Below are positions 42,003-51,317 of a DNA stretch of 64,000 bases, piece after piece. Numbering within the stretch: position 1 is the first letter of the stretch; every line of letters begins with the position of its first letter. A program made the position numbers and the translations under genes. A model generated the notes under the pieces. It searched no databases, had not been told where the DNA came from, and saw only the letters and a program-made list of their open reading frames with translations. Source of the stretch: Bacteroidota bacterium (GTDB lineage Bacteria; Bacteroidota; Bacteroidia; Sphingobacteriales; Sphingobacteriaceae); the NCBI GenBank assembly GCA_040387995.1, contig JAZKCT010000055.1, positions 5,372 to 69,371 on the forward strand. The letters run 5' to 3'.

Positions 42003-43211
42003 TTAATTCAATTGATTGACAACCCATTGCAGTTCCTTGCTGATAGATTCTGCGATCGGTAATTTGATTTGTTCAGGCAATACTTCCCAAGTATAGGTTT
42101 CAACCTCAAGGTGCTGGGTAAATGGCCTGTTTTTCTGAAGCTGTAATACTTCGATGATGTCGCTTTGGGTAGTGGAAAGTAATCCGATTTCCCGGATAGA
42201 GATCGGGACATGAAAGTGTGCTCTCCATTCCGCTACATTTTCATTTTCAAAATCCTCCAGTGCAGGAGGGAGGTCGGTATACCTGATGAGTTCCCCGTCA
42301 TTTTTACGCGCGACCACCTGGTGAAGATATACTGGCTCATTGAACAGGTCGAAAGCTTTTTTGAGGTCAGCTTTTTCTGCAGCAGGTCTGTCAAGTTTGG
42401 CTTTCAGGGCCGCACTGATCTGGATTTTTCCTACGGTAATGTTCTTTTGTTCGAGTTCCTGGAGAACAGCCTTGTGTGGTTCATATCCGATTGCAAAATG
42501 ACAGACGTCATAACAAATGCAAACGTGCGTTCTAATCATGGCCTCAGCGGCGGTTGGCCCAACATTAAAAGCCGCTGCGACTTCAGGGATTCCCAGGGTC
42601 ATCAGGTCGCCTTCAAACCAGTCAATAAATTCTCTTCCGGTCTCCATGATGCCATCTGGCTCAGGCTCTATATCCAGGTGCAGTACTTTTCCTGTTTCCC
42701 GCTGAATCAGCACCAGTTCTTTGATGACTTCAATGACGTTTAAAGTACCTGTTTTGGTTGCCTGCGCCAGTTCTTCCGGGCTTTTAAACCAATGTCTGTA
42801 ACTTAAGGGATTGGTAGAAACCCCACCGTCCATGCCTTCCGGAAGTAACTGCGCTAAAATGTGGAACAACCGGATGCTGTATGTCTTTCTGGCATCTGTT
42901 GTCCAGTCTGGCGCGTGTACATCAGCTTTGACCACGGTATGATGAAATTCCCCGTAAGGAAAACCATTCATAGTGAAGACATAGGTGTCATTGTCAGCAA
43001 GCCATTTCTTGAACTGGTCAAGAGCCAGCTGGTCTGACAAACCGATGCTCGATTCATTAGAGAGCCTCAGTCCCAGTCCCATAGGTGCATGTGGTGATAA
43101 TGTCTTTTTGATCACCGGAAAATTGATCTGGAGGGCTTCAAAGTCATTTGCCCAATTCTTGCCAGCGTGGATATTGGTACAATAGGTGAGGTGGCCGCTG
43201 TTGACTTTCAT
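42003..43211 (-). CDS. eboE: EboE, xylose-isomerase-like TIM barrel
   Basis: HLTYCTNIH, FTMNGFPYGEFH, LDIEPEP, CYDVCHFA, RAHFHVP, HLEVETYTW. Confidence 0.92.
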   Translation of the reverse strand: MKVNSGHLTYCTNIHAGKNWANDFEALQINFPVIKKTLSPHAPMGLGLRLSNESSIGLSDQLALDQFKKWLADNDTYVFTMNGFPYGEFHHTVVKADVHAPDWTTDARKTYSIRLFHILAQLLPEGMDGGVSTNPLSYRHWFKSPEELAQATKTGTLNVIEVIKELVLIQRETGKVLHLDIEPEPDGIMETGREFIDWFEGDLMTLGIPEVAAAFNVGPTAAEAMIRTHVCICYDVCHFAIGYEPHKAVLQELEQKNITVGKIQISAALKAKLDRPAAEKADLKKAFDLFNEPVYLHQVVARKNDGELIRYTDLPPALEDFENENVAEWRAHFHVPISIREIGLLSTTQSDIIEVLQLQKNRPFTQHLEVETYTWEVLPEQIKLPIAESISKELQWVVNQLN

Positions 43212-43212
43212 G

Positions 43213-44388
43213 TTAATGAGTTGTGTTTACGCTTGTTTTATCTTTGATGAACCTGGCAACATAATTGCTGGCTGCTATGAGCAGCTCGTGGTCCATTTCG
43301 TGAACTTCTTCGCCCTTGCCCAGGTCAGTCAGCAGCGTGATGGTGAGCACGCCACCCAGGTGTTCCTGAAATTCTGCGAGGCCCTTTAATATTGGGGAAT
43401 CCGTGTCTTTAATCTGGATAATTGGATCAGAGATACCGAAATGAAGTGCAGTTAAAACATTTAAAATTCTTAAGGCCTTTTCTTCGGTCAACATGCCTTT
43501 CATAAAAGAGTATACGCTGTCCAGCGCAATGCCCATTGCTACAGCTTCACCGTGCAGTACTTCAAAATTACTCAATTGTTCCAGTTTGTGCGCCGCCCAA
43601 TGTCCAAAGTCAAGCGGCCTTGCCGAACCAGTTTCAAACGGGTCGTCACCCGCAATGTGGTCCATGTGGAGCTTTGCGCAGTGCTTAATGAGGTAATTCA
43701 TGCTTTCCAGATCCCTTGTCGCCAATTGATCTGCGTGTGCCTCCAGCCAATAGAAAAACTCGGCATCTTTGATCAGCGCCACCTTGATGGCCTCGGAAAT
43801 GCCAGAACGGTAGTCCCGGTCAGTCAGTGTGCTGAGGAAGTCTTCGTCGTTAAATACTGCTACTGGCGGTGCAAAGGTGCCCAGGAAGTTTTTCTTGCGT
43901 TTGTAGTTGATGCCATTTTTGACACCAATGCCAGAGTCATTTTGTGAAAGTACGGTAGTAGGAATGCGGATATGCTTGATTCCGCGGTGGGAAACCGCTG
44001 CGGCATAGCCAACCAGGTCAAGTACTGCTCCACCACCAATAGCAGCGATGTAGGAATGCCTGTCTATCCCATGCACATTTACTGCCTCCACAATCTGGTC
44101 AAACAGTGCGGTATCGTTTTTAGCTGCTTCTCCTCCCGGAACAATCAGGATTTCTGAGATCAACTGCAGGTCACTGTATTGGGAAAAGTAATTTCTGATT
44201 GCATCGCTGATTGCCGGATGCGCATCTGCCACGCCCTGATCCAGCACAAAGAATATTTTGCGCAATGCAGTTGATGGCCGTTCTTTAAAGAAGTTTGATA
44301 AAGTGGTATTTCCTGTATCGAATAGCGAAGCGGTGAAGTATACATTATACTCAAATTTTACGCTAAACGATTGTTTTAAATAGTTCAT
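43213..44388 (-). CDS. eboD: EboD, 3-dehydroquinate synthase-like sugar phosphate cyclase
   Basis: GGEAAKN, IDRHSY..AIGGGAVLD, PTTVLSQNDSGIGVKN, PLDFGHWAAHKLE, LHGEAVAMG. Confidence 0.92.
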   Translation of the reverse strand: MNYLKQSFSVKFEYNVYFTASLFDTGNTTLSNFFKERPSTALRKIFFVLDQGVADAHPAISDAIRNYFSQYSDLQLISEILIVPGGEAAKNDTALFDQIVEAVNVHGIDRHSYIAAIGGGAVLDLVGYAAAVSHRGIKHIRIPTTVLSQNDSGIGVKNGINYKRKKNFLGTFAPPVAVFNDEDFLSTLTDRDYRSGISEAIKVALIKDAEFFYWLEAHADQLATRDLESMNYLIKHCAKLHMDHIAGDDPFETGSARPLDFGHWAAHKLEQLSNFEVLHGEAVAMGIALDSVYSFMKGMLTEEKALRILNVLTALHFGISDPIIQIKDTDSPILKGLAEFQEHLGGVLTITLLTDLGKGEEVHEMDHELLIAASNYVARFIKDKTSVNTTH

Positions 44389-44403
44389 AGATCTAATAAT
44401 TGC

Positions 44404-45291
44404 CTAAGTAACCGCAAAGGCTTTACTTAGTAAAAGTGATATTGGTAAAAGAATAACGATAAACACGGCCAAATGCCATGCCCCGAATGCGCTTGCCCAT
44501 GCGGCATTCATCAGGATGAGGGCGATAACCCCGGATTTTACGGCTTTGCCAATATTTGGTCCTATCGGATTTTGAATGGCTTTGATCAGCGGCAAAAAAA
44601 TCATCAGCAAAAAAGGGATCACAAATACGGTGGTCAGGGGCAATTGTCCATTGATGGCAGCAAATGTCAGCAAGGCAGCGATAACCACTGCGTACAGCGC
44701 TGCGGCAAAATAAAGCGTTTTTTTACTGCCACCATGCACCTCTCCGCGACTGATCATGGTAATGGCTGCAATGTAGATGATGGGCACAATGGCTAGATAC
44801 CACCAGGTATGCAGGGTGGAGGGAAGAATACTTACGCCCAGCAATAAATTAAGTCCCCGGCATAGTCCCATATTGACCGGTCCGAGAATGGCATTGTGCT
44901 TTAAAAACTTATTATATACCAGACAGGCGATCATGATGCCTGCAGCCAGGTATTGCGAAGCCGGACTGTACATACCTGCAGCAAAAATCCCGATGACAAA
45001 TAAGACACCACCAAAGATCGCTGCCCCCTGTTCAGATACCAGGCCGCTGGATATTGGCCTTTCAGGGCGCTCTACCTTGTCCAGTTCTGCGTCAAAAACA
45101 TCATTATAGATAATTCCACCGCTATACAGGCCTATTGTGGCGATGCAAAGCAATATGGCTGGCAGCAATTGTGCATTCAGTCCAAAAGAAAGGAAATAAC
45201 CGGATATGGCAATCCCCGCAACCACATCTGCAACTGACGTGACCACGTTTGCAGGACGCATAAGTCTGAGGTAACCTAATAGCTTATTCAC
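44404..45291 (-). CDS. eboC: EboC, UbiA-family prenyltransferase
   Basis: LMRPANVVTSVAD, NDVFDAELD..ERPERPI, MGLCRGLNLLLG, ITMISRGEV. Confidence 0.92.
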   Translation of the reverse strand: MNKLLGYLRLMRPANVVTSVADVVAGIAISGYFLSFGLNAQLLPAILLCIATIGLYSGGIIYNDVFDAELDKVERPERPISSGLVSEQGAAIFGGVLFVIGIFAAGMYSPASQYLAAGIMIACLVYNKFLKHNAILGPVNMGLCRGLNLLLGVSILPSTLHTWWYLAIVPIIYIAAITMISRGEVHGGSKKTLYFAAALYAVVIAALLTFAAINGQLPLTTVFVIPFLLMIFLPLIKAIQNPIGPNIGKAVKSGVIALILMNAAWASAFGAWHLAVFIVILLPISLLLSKAFAVT

Positions 45292-45296
45292 CCTGA

Positions 45297-46283
45297 TTAA
45301 GAAATAATAATGGAATTCTTATCTATTCTTGGCTGTTGACCACCGCGAAGGATAGAATTGCTTTCAAACTTCTGGCTTTGATCGATCGGTCCGACTGAAG
45401 TAAAGTCGCTTTCATTGATCTGACCACTTTGCGCAAATGCAGTGATTGCATTTCTATAAGTAACCAGTTCTATATCGGCCAGACTGATTCCTGATTTTTT
45501 CATCAATGCCGCAGTTTTAGGAATGGCCAGCGGATCGCTGATTCCCCAATCGGCCGCAGAATTGATCATAATTCTTTCTGATCCGTACTGTTTGACTACT
45601 TCTACCATGCGCTCATTGCCCATTTTGGTAAAAGGATAAATGGTAAATGCTGCCCAGAATCCCCGGTCCAGCACTTCTTTCACTGTTTCTTCATTGTTGT
45701 GGTCTACGATGACCATATGCGGGGCAACACCTTGCTCAATCGAGATGTCCATGCTGCGCTGTGTTCCTTTTTTCTTATCCCGGTGGGGGGTGTGGATTTG
45801 GACGGGAAGCCCTGCTTCTTTGGCCAGATCTAATTGGAGCCTGAAATATTTTTCTTCAGCAGCAGTTTGGTCGTCAAAACCAATCTCACCAATACCCACC
45901 ACCCCTTCTTTGAAAATAAAATTGGGCAGGATCTCCATCACTTGTTCCGCAAGGGCCTCATTATTGGCTTCACGGGAATTTAAGCCGATGGTACAATAAT
46001 GCTTGATGCCAAACTGGGATGATCTGAAACGTTCCCAGCCGATCAGGCTGCTATAATAATCTGTGAAACTTGCCAGGCCAGTACGGGGCTGGCCCAGCCA
46101 GAAGGCAGGCTCAATAAGTGCCACAATACCAGCATCCGCCATGGCCTGGTAATCATCGGTAGTGCGGGAGGTCATGTGGACATGCGGATCGAAGAACTTC
46201 ATTCCGTTAACATCATTCAGATCAAGGGAAGTTTGAATTTTTTCTCCTTCGCTTCTTTCCTGGAAATTTTCATTACAGCACAT
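45297..46283 (-). CDS. eboB: EboB, TatD-family metallohydrolase
   Basis: FDPHVHMTSRTTDDY, GEIGFD, IHTPHRDK, DHNNEETV, NSAADWG. Confidence 0.9.
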   Translation of the reverse strand: MCCNENFQERSEGEKIQTSLDLNDVNGMKFFDPHVHMTSRTTDDYQAMADAGIVALIEPAFWLGQPRTGLASFTDYYSSLIGWERFRSSQFGIKHYCTIGLNSREANNEALAEQVMEILPNFIFKEGVVGIGEIGFDDQTAAEEKYFRLQLDLAKEAGLPVQIHTPHRDKKKGTQRSMDISIEQGVAPHMVIVDHNNEETVKEVLDRGFWAAFTIYPFTKMGNERMVEVVKQYGSERIMINSAADWGISDPLAIPKTAALMKKSGISLADIELVTYRNAITAFAQSGQINESDFTSVGPIDQSQKFESNSILRGGQQPRIDKNSIIIS

Positions 46284-46306
46284 AATTCAAGTATTTTTAT
46301 CTGGTG

Positions 46307-46963
46307 TTATAGTTCTATTAGTTTGTAGATTTCAGGATGCACCGTTCTGTGCGCAGCTTGCCGCTCCTCTACATAGTCTTTGAGCGTTTCTGAAAGCGAC
46401 CTGTTTTTTCTTTCGCTGATGCCGATGATTTTGGTCACATCTTTTTCAGTAAAGAAGGCTTTCAGTATCAACTGGTTCCAGGAACTTTCAGGAAGGTATT
46501 TAGCAGGGTATGGGTTGTGGTACATGATCGCTTCCAGCACTGTGCCGATATTGCTCCTGATGCCTTCTTCACAGCGGTGTATCCAGGCCTCAGGAAAGCT
46601 GTAAACTGGCAATGCCGAATAAAGGGCAACCAGTTCGTTCATTTCAGCTGCGGCGAATAAGCCATCAACTTTTTTTAGATAGGTTTCCTGATTGTCGGAA
46701 GGCAACTGCATAAGCAGCCATACACGGCATAAGTGGTCGATGCTCCAGTCTGAAACATCAAGGCCATTCGCTGCCACTGATAATTCACCTTCTTCTAATA
46801 CCACCGTCCTTTTACCCGTAAAGCGCGGTATGTGAGAGAAGGTAAGGTTTAGTTGTACAGATTTCTCCTCTGCTTTGACCAGGCTGATTTTTTGTTCAAG
46901 CCACGCCATTGCCTCAGCGCTCAGGCTACGCCTGATGATCCTTTCTACATCTGTTAAAAGCAT
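46307..46963 (-). CDS. eboA: EboA domain protein
   Basis: ELVALYSALP, EGIRSNI..VLEAI...NPYPA.Y.....WNQLILKAFF, DYVEERQAAHR. Confidence 0.88.
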   Translation of the reverse strand: MLLTDVERIIRRSLSAEAMAWLEQKISLVKAEEKSVQLNLTFSHIPRFTGKRTVVLEEGELSVAANGLDVSDWSIDHLCRVWLLMQLPSDNQETYLKKVDGLFAAAEMNELVALYSALPVYSFPEAWIHRCEEGIRSNIGTVLEAIMYHNPYPAKYLPESSWNQLILKAFFTEKDVTKIIGISERKNRSLSETLKDYVEERQAAHRTVHPEIYKLIEL

Positions 46964-46968
46964 ATCTC

Positions 46969-47340
46969 TTAGTTAACAGCCACAAAATAGTTGATGGCAA
47001 GAGCCCCGCTGATGATGAGCAGACCAAAGAATTCCCTGGTTTTCTCAATATACGGCTTGGTCGCCTGCATGCTTTCAACTAGACTTGGGCTTTTGTACTT
47101 CATTATCCAGTCTCGTACCCCGTCTTTAGAAAAAAACAAAATGACGGCATAAACTAAGTAGAAAGATATGGCCCCGAGATAAACATTCGGATAAAATTTA
47201 TTAAATATGGCAAATCCACAACAAACGGCGGATACCATGTAGATCGGCACCCAAAGCCAGGGGTCGACATCGTTGAGATTCAGATAAGCAAATGCAACAA
47301 ATGCTATACAGAAAATGGAATTTAAAATGCTAAGCAGCAT
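46969..47340 (-). CDS. Transmembrane-220-family membrane protein, first gene of the ebo operon
   Basis: FAYLNLNDVDP.LWVPIY and REFFGLLI motifs; 5 bp from eboA. Confidence 0.75.
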   Translation of the reverse strand: MLLSILNSIFCIAFVAFAYLNLNDVDPWLWVPIYMVSAVCCGFAIFNKFYPNVYLGAISFYLVYAVILFFSKDGVRDWIMKYKSPSLVESMQATKPYIEKTREFFGLLIISGALAINYFVAVN

Positions 47341-47599
47341 ACTCGTAAAGATTTAATTTGTGTGTTGTGTTGATTACTAAATGCAAATAAACAGATAATT
47401 ATACCGATTTAGCAATATGCAATTGTAATATTTTTCCTAGATTCAAAGACAGGCGTAAATCTGAAAATAAATGCAACGAACGTAAAAGTAGGGTGCTTTA
47501 CGTGACGTTCCGGGAAATGGTACTGATGAGAAATGTGGGTTGAAAATGTCAAAGCCCAGGCCGATCCGCCGGGGCTTAGTTTTATAGGGTTTGTACGGT

Positions 47600-48331
47600 T
47601 TATTTAACGCGGCTCCAGATTTCATGGATCTTAGCCCCTTTGCTGCTTAGTCCGCTGTGGTTCCAGTTTCCGTCTTCCAATTTTGCGTCAAAAGTCAGCG
47701 CAGCGCCGACTCTGCTGCTATCACGCGAAAAGAACTTGATGTGTTCTGTATATTTTCCGTCTTTGAACGTATAAGTTCCACCTCCTGTACCTGAAAATTG
47801 CTTTTTACCCGGATCGATGGCTACCCATTGGAACCGCGTGCCTGTGAGTACTTTGTAAGTTTGTCGGGTTCCTGTCTGGTGAATTGCAGCCATTTTACCA
47901 TCCTCAGCCATTCTTCCGGTAATGTGCCATACACCCGCAAGCGGGGTTTTACTGTCATCTGTCCGGTCAAAACTGATCTTTCCATCCCAGAGCTGAATGG
48001 ACAAGCGGCTTCCGGATACGGTAAAAGGAACATCCATGCCTGTGCCTACACTAGTTGAATCTGAAGTATTAAAAAGGACCTTAGCTTTTAGTGTATTGTC
48101 TTTGATTTCATAAGTACCGCCCTGACTGGAGATAAACCGGTTTCCCTGGTAAGCAGTATGAAAATAAAAGCCATCCTGAAAAAGCAGCTGGTGTTGTTCA
48201 TCCCCATCCCTAAGTTCCCAGGCACCTGTTACTGCATTTGATTGTGCATGGACACAGGTAGTGAAAATGAGCATAAATAGCAGCAGTGAGACACTGCTGC
48301 TGTATTTTTTTAGGATCATTATAGTTTTCAT
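47600..48331 (-). CDS. Secreted protein with two tandem lipocalin-like beta-barrel repeats
   Basis: Signal peptide; duplicated G.W ... GGTY..KD ... DSS.VG units. Confidence 0.7.
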   Translation of the reverse strand: MKTIMILKKYSSSVSLLLFMLIFTTCVHAQSNAVTGAWELRDGDEQHQLLFQDGFYFHTAYQGNRFISSQGGTYEIKDNTLKAKVLFNTSDSTSVGTGMDVPFTVSGSRLSIQLWDGKISFDRTDDSKTPLAGVWHITGRMAEDGKMAAIHQTGTRQTYKVLTGTRFQWVAIDPGKKQFSGTGGGTYTFKDGKYTEHIKFFSRDSSRVGAALTFDAKLEDGNWNHSGLSSKGAKIHEIWSRVK

Positions 48332-48387
48332 ATCTGGTTAATCTTTATTTTTAGTAATAAAGATAACAAATTACCAGGAATGTATTG

Positions 48388-49581
48388 TTATGCCTGAAGT
48401 CCGGGTATTTCAACAACCTCGTCAACCTCAACACTATAGTCTACACCTGGAACTTCAAATCCGAACAGGTTAAAAAAGTCTGTTTTATAGCCTTCCAGAT
48501 CACCGATCTCCGGTAAGGTCTCTGTTGCAGCTTGTTGCCATAAGGCAAATACTTCTTCCTGAACATCTGGTCTCATTTCCCAATCGTCGATTCTGATCCT
48601 GCCTTTTTCATCGATACTTAATGCCGCTGAGGAATATAAATGCTCCTGGAAAAGCCTGCTGATTTGTTCAATACAACCCTCGTGGATGCCTTTGGCTTTC
48701 ATCACCTTATAGAGCAGGGAGATGTACAAAGGAATTACCGGAATTGCAGAGCTCGCTTGGGTAACAAGCGCTTTATTTACAGAGACGTAAGCTTCTCCGT
48801 TGATGTCTTTTAATTGGTCTGATATGGTAAATGCAGTCGCTTCAAGGTGGTCTTTCGCGCGTCCTATGGTGCCTTTACGGTACACGGGTTCGGTAAGCGC
48901 AGGGCCGATATAGGAATAGGCCACTGTTTTGACGCCCTGGGCAAGCAGCCCCTCTTTTTTTAAAGCATCGATCCACATTTCCCAGTCCTCACCGCCCATT
49001 ACAGCCACTGTATTGGAGACCTCGTCCTCATTCGCAGGTGAGATGGAAACAGTAGAAACGATTCCGGTATGGAAATCTACCGTTTTATCACTGAAGGTCT
49101 CTTCAATTGGTTTTAGAACAGAATTATGGGTTTCTCCGGTTGTGGGATGAACTCTTTTTGGAGAAGCCAGACTGTAAATTACGAGATCAATTTGTCCAAG
49201 GTCTGCTTTGATCAGTTCAATGGTTTGCTGTTTGATCTCGTTAGAGAAGGCATCGCCATTGATGCTTTTGGCATAAAGGCCAGCTTCATTGGCGAAAGCC
49301 TCAAAAGCTGCGGTATTGTACCAGCCTGCAGAAGCCGGCTTGCCGGGAGCAGGTGGTTTTTCAAAATAGACACCTATGGTGGCGGCCTCTGAGCCAAATG
49401 CGGCGGTGATTCTTGAGGCCAGGCCAAAGCCTGTCGAAGCACCTATGACCAGCACTTTTTTAGGGCCGTTAACCGTTCCTTTAGATTTTACGTAGTCAAT
49501 TTGTTTCAATACATTTTGTCTGCATCCTTCGGGATGCGCTGTAAGGCAAATAAATCCGCGTGTTCTTGGACTGATAATCAT
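48388..49581 (-). CDS. fabV: Enoyl-ACP reductase FabV (trans-2-enoyl-CoA reductase family)
   Basis: AHPEGC, KVLVIGASTGFGLASRI, INGDAFS, YSLASP, YSYIGP, GTIGRAKDHL, IRIDDWEM. Confidence 0.95.
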   Translation of the reverse strand: MIISPRTRGFICLTAHPEGCRQNVLKQIDYVKSKGTVNGPKKVLVIGASTGFGLASRITAAFGSEAATIGVYFEKPPAPGKPASAGWYNTAAFEAFANEAGLYAKSINGDAFSNEIKQQTIELIKADLGQIDLVIYSLASPKRVHPTTGETHNSVLKPIEETFSDKTVDFHTGIVSTVSISPANEDEVSNTVAVMGGEDWEMWIDALKKEGLLAQGVKTVAYSYIGPALTEPVYRKGTIGRAKDHLEATAFTISDQLKDINGEAYVSVNKALVTQASSAIPVIPLYISLLYKVMKAKGIHEGCIEQISRLFQEHLYSSAALSIDEKGRIRIDDWEMRPDVQEEVFALWQQAATETLPEIGDLEGYKTDFFNLFGFEVPGVDYSVEVDEVVEIPGLQA

Positions 49582-49624
49582 ATGTTGCTGCTATAATTTG
49601 TAAATGAGGTTAGATTAATTCCGA

Positions 49625-49632
49625 CAAAGCTA
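49625..49632 (-). promoter_or_regulatory. Bacteroidota -7 promoter element for fabV
   Basis: TAGCTTTG on the minus strand. Confidence 0.45.
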
Positions 49633-49645
49633 AAGTTTTTATTGA

Positions 49646-50209
49646 TCAAAGGAGTATGCAGCGCTCGCCTTCCAGAAGTATTTTGCATTGCTCGTCGTTT
49701 GTTGGGATACTGATTTCATCCAGTTCTTTTCTATGGTTTAGTTTGATCTCCTTGCGGCTTTTTGCCCGGAGAAACCTTCTGATATCATCACTGTTGGCCA
49801 ATACGAGTCCAGGCACCTGGGCTGGCTGGTTGTCTTCATCTTTGGCCACCATTGTAAAATAGCTGGTATTGGTATGTTTGACTTCGTTGGTCTTTACATT
49901 TTCAGAAACTACCCTGATGCCCACTACAATGGAGGTTTTGCCGACGTAGTTGACCGAAGCCATAAGTGACACCAAATCGCCAACCTCTATAGGCTGCAGG
50001 AAATTGACGGTGTCGATAGAAGCAGTGACACAGTAGTTTCCGGCATGTTTAGAAGCGCAGACATAGGCTACTTTATCCATCAGCGAAAGCAAAATTCCTC
50101 CGTGGATTTTCCCGCCGAAATTGGAATAGGAGGGGATCATTAACTCTGTTAAAACTGTTTTGGAAAAGCTGACTGGTTTATAAGTAATGTTTTGTGTTGG
50201 ATCGGACAT
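49646..50209 (-). CDS. Acyl-CoA thioesterase (hotdog fold)
   Basis: NFGGKIHGGILL.LMDKVAY.CA, VTASID.V.FL.PI.VG. Confidence 0.92.
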   Translation of the reverse strand: MSDPTQNITYKPVSFSKTVLTELMIPSYSNFGGKIHGGILLSLMDKVAYVCASKHAGNYCVTASIDTVNFLQPIEVGDLVSLMASVNYVGKTSIVVGIRVVSENVKTNEVKHTNTSYFTMVAKDEDNQPAQVPGLVLANSDDIRRFLRAKSRKEIKLNHRKELDEISIPTNDEQCKILLEGERCILL

Positions 50210-50343
50210 TGCAGGATTAAGTTGTCTGTTCAGTGTTACGCTAAAATAAGCAGGATAAACCGGATCGAGGGTAAAATTTAGAAATAATTAAAATTATGGG
50301 AGGTCTTGCCTTTTTGGAGATCAAAAGAAATTAGAGGGTCAAA

Positions 50344-50384
50344 AAAAATGGACAACTTCGGATTTATTGAAGTTGTCCATTTTT
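50344..50384. terminator. Strong bidirectional hairpin
   Basis: Perfect 16-bp inverted repeat AAAAATGGACAACTTC / GAAGTTGTCCATTTTT with a 9-nt loop. Confidence 0.75.
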
Positions 50385-50385
50385 G

Positions 50386-50506
50386 TGGTGGCTAAGATAC
50401 GGATTTCGAATCAATTCCATAATAATGTCCTCAAATTAGTGAATATGGACATAGATTGACCTAAAAATCAGGGTTTTATTTTTGATGGTCGGAGTTAGTT
50501 CGAACC
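50386..50506 (-). other. Two degenerate tRNA-3'-end-like / att-scar sequences
   Basis: Minus strand reads GATTCGAAATCCGTATCTTAGCCACCA and GGTTCGAACTAACTCCGACCA (T-loop-like TTCGAA, ending ACCA); no full cloverleaf. Confidence 0.35.
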
Positions 50507-50587
50507 AACTTTTTTAAAGATTTTAGTATTTCTGATTTTCGTAACATATAACTTAGCTTAATTTTTTATGTAGCAAGCGATAAACAT

Positions 50588-51172
50588 TTAAAAAAGGAAG
50601 GTTAAAATAACGGTGGCAACTGTTAAATATCCCAGACAAGCACGCAGGTGTTTCAATGCAAAACTAAGCTGGTTCTTTACCGTCTGTTCAGAAAGGTGCA
50701 GCAGCGCGGCGATTTCTGGGATACTCCTATTTTCTTCCCGGCTTAGCTGGTAAATTTCCCTTATCCTTGGGCTGAGCTGATCCAGGGCCAGACGGATCTG
50801 CTCTTTTAATTCTTTGGCGGCAAGTTGCTGTTCGATCTCCGAGCCTGGACTGGTCTGCAAAGCGATCACCATTTCCATATGAGCTTCCCTGGTAATGTTT
50901 TTCCGGATTTTATCGATGATCTGATAACGGACAAGGGTAAATAAATAAGCTTCCAGGTTTCGCTCCACCATTATAGCGTTTCTCTGCGCCCATAATTTAA
51001 CAAATACATCGTGGATAATGTCCCTGGCATCTTCCAGATCATACAGCTTGGAACTGGCAAATCCGGTTAATTTGTCCGCATACCTGGAATAAATCTCGGT
51101 AAAAGCAGATTCATCATCTTCTTTAAGAAGATCAGACAGTTTAAGGTCACTTAACAATTGATAGTCGGACAT
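50588..51172 (-). CDS. ECF RNA polymerase sigma-70 factor
   Basis: AFTEIYSRY, DIIHDVFVKLW region 2, LSPRIREIYQLSREE..SIPEIA...TVKNQL region 4. Confidence 0.93.
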   Translation of the reverse strand: MSDYQLLSDLKLSDLLKEDDESAFTEIYSRYADKLTGFASSKLYDLEDARDIIHDVFVKLWAQRNAIMVERNLEAYLFTLVRYQIIDKIRKNITREAHMEMVIALQTSPGSEIEQQLAAKELKEQIRLALDQLSPRIREIYQLSREENRSIPEIAALLHLSEQTVKNQLSFALKHLRACLGYLTVATVILTFLF

Positions 51173-51317
51173 GTCTGTTTAGCTTTTATCGCAAGTTCGA
51201 GCACTTACCCCGGCAAGCTTGACAAAATTATGCAGCTTTACAACAACCACATCCAACAATAAATAACTCCTCTGTACTGATCTCCTGACTATTTTCATTT
51301 AAGTTTTTAATAGTTAA

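Noticed and set aside
50386-50506. Intact tRNA gene
   Set aside because: Only T-loop/3'-end-like fragments are present; no D-arm, anticodon arm or pairing 5' acceptor strand is visible.
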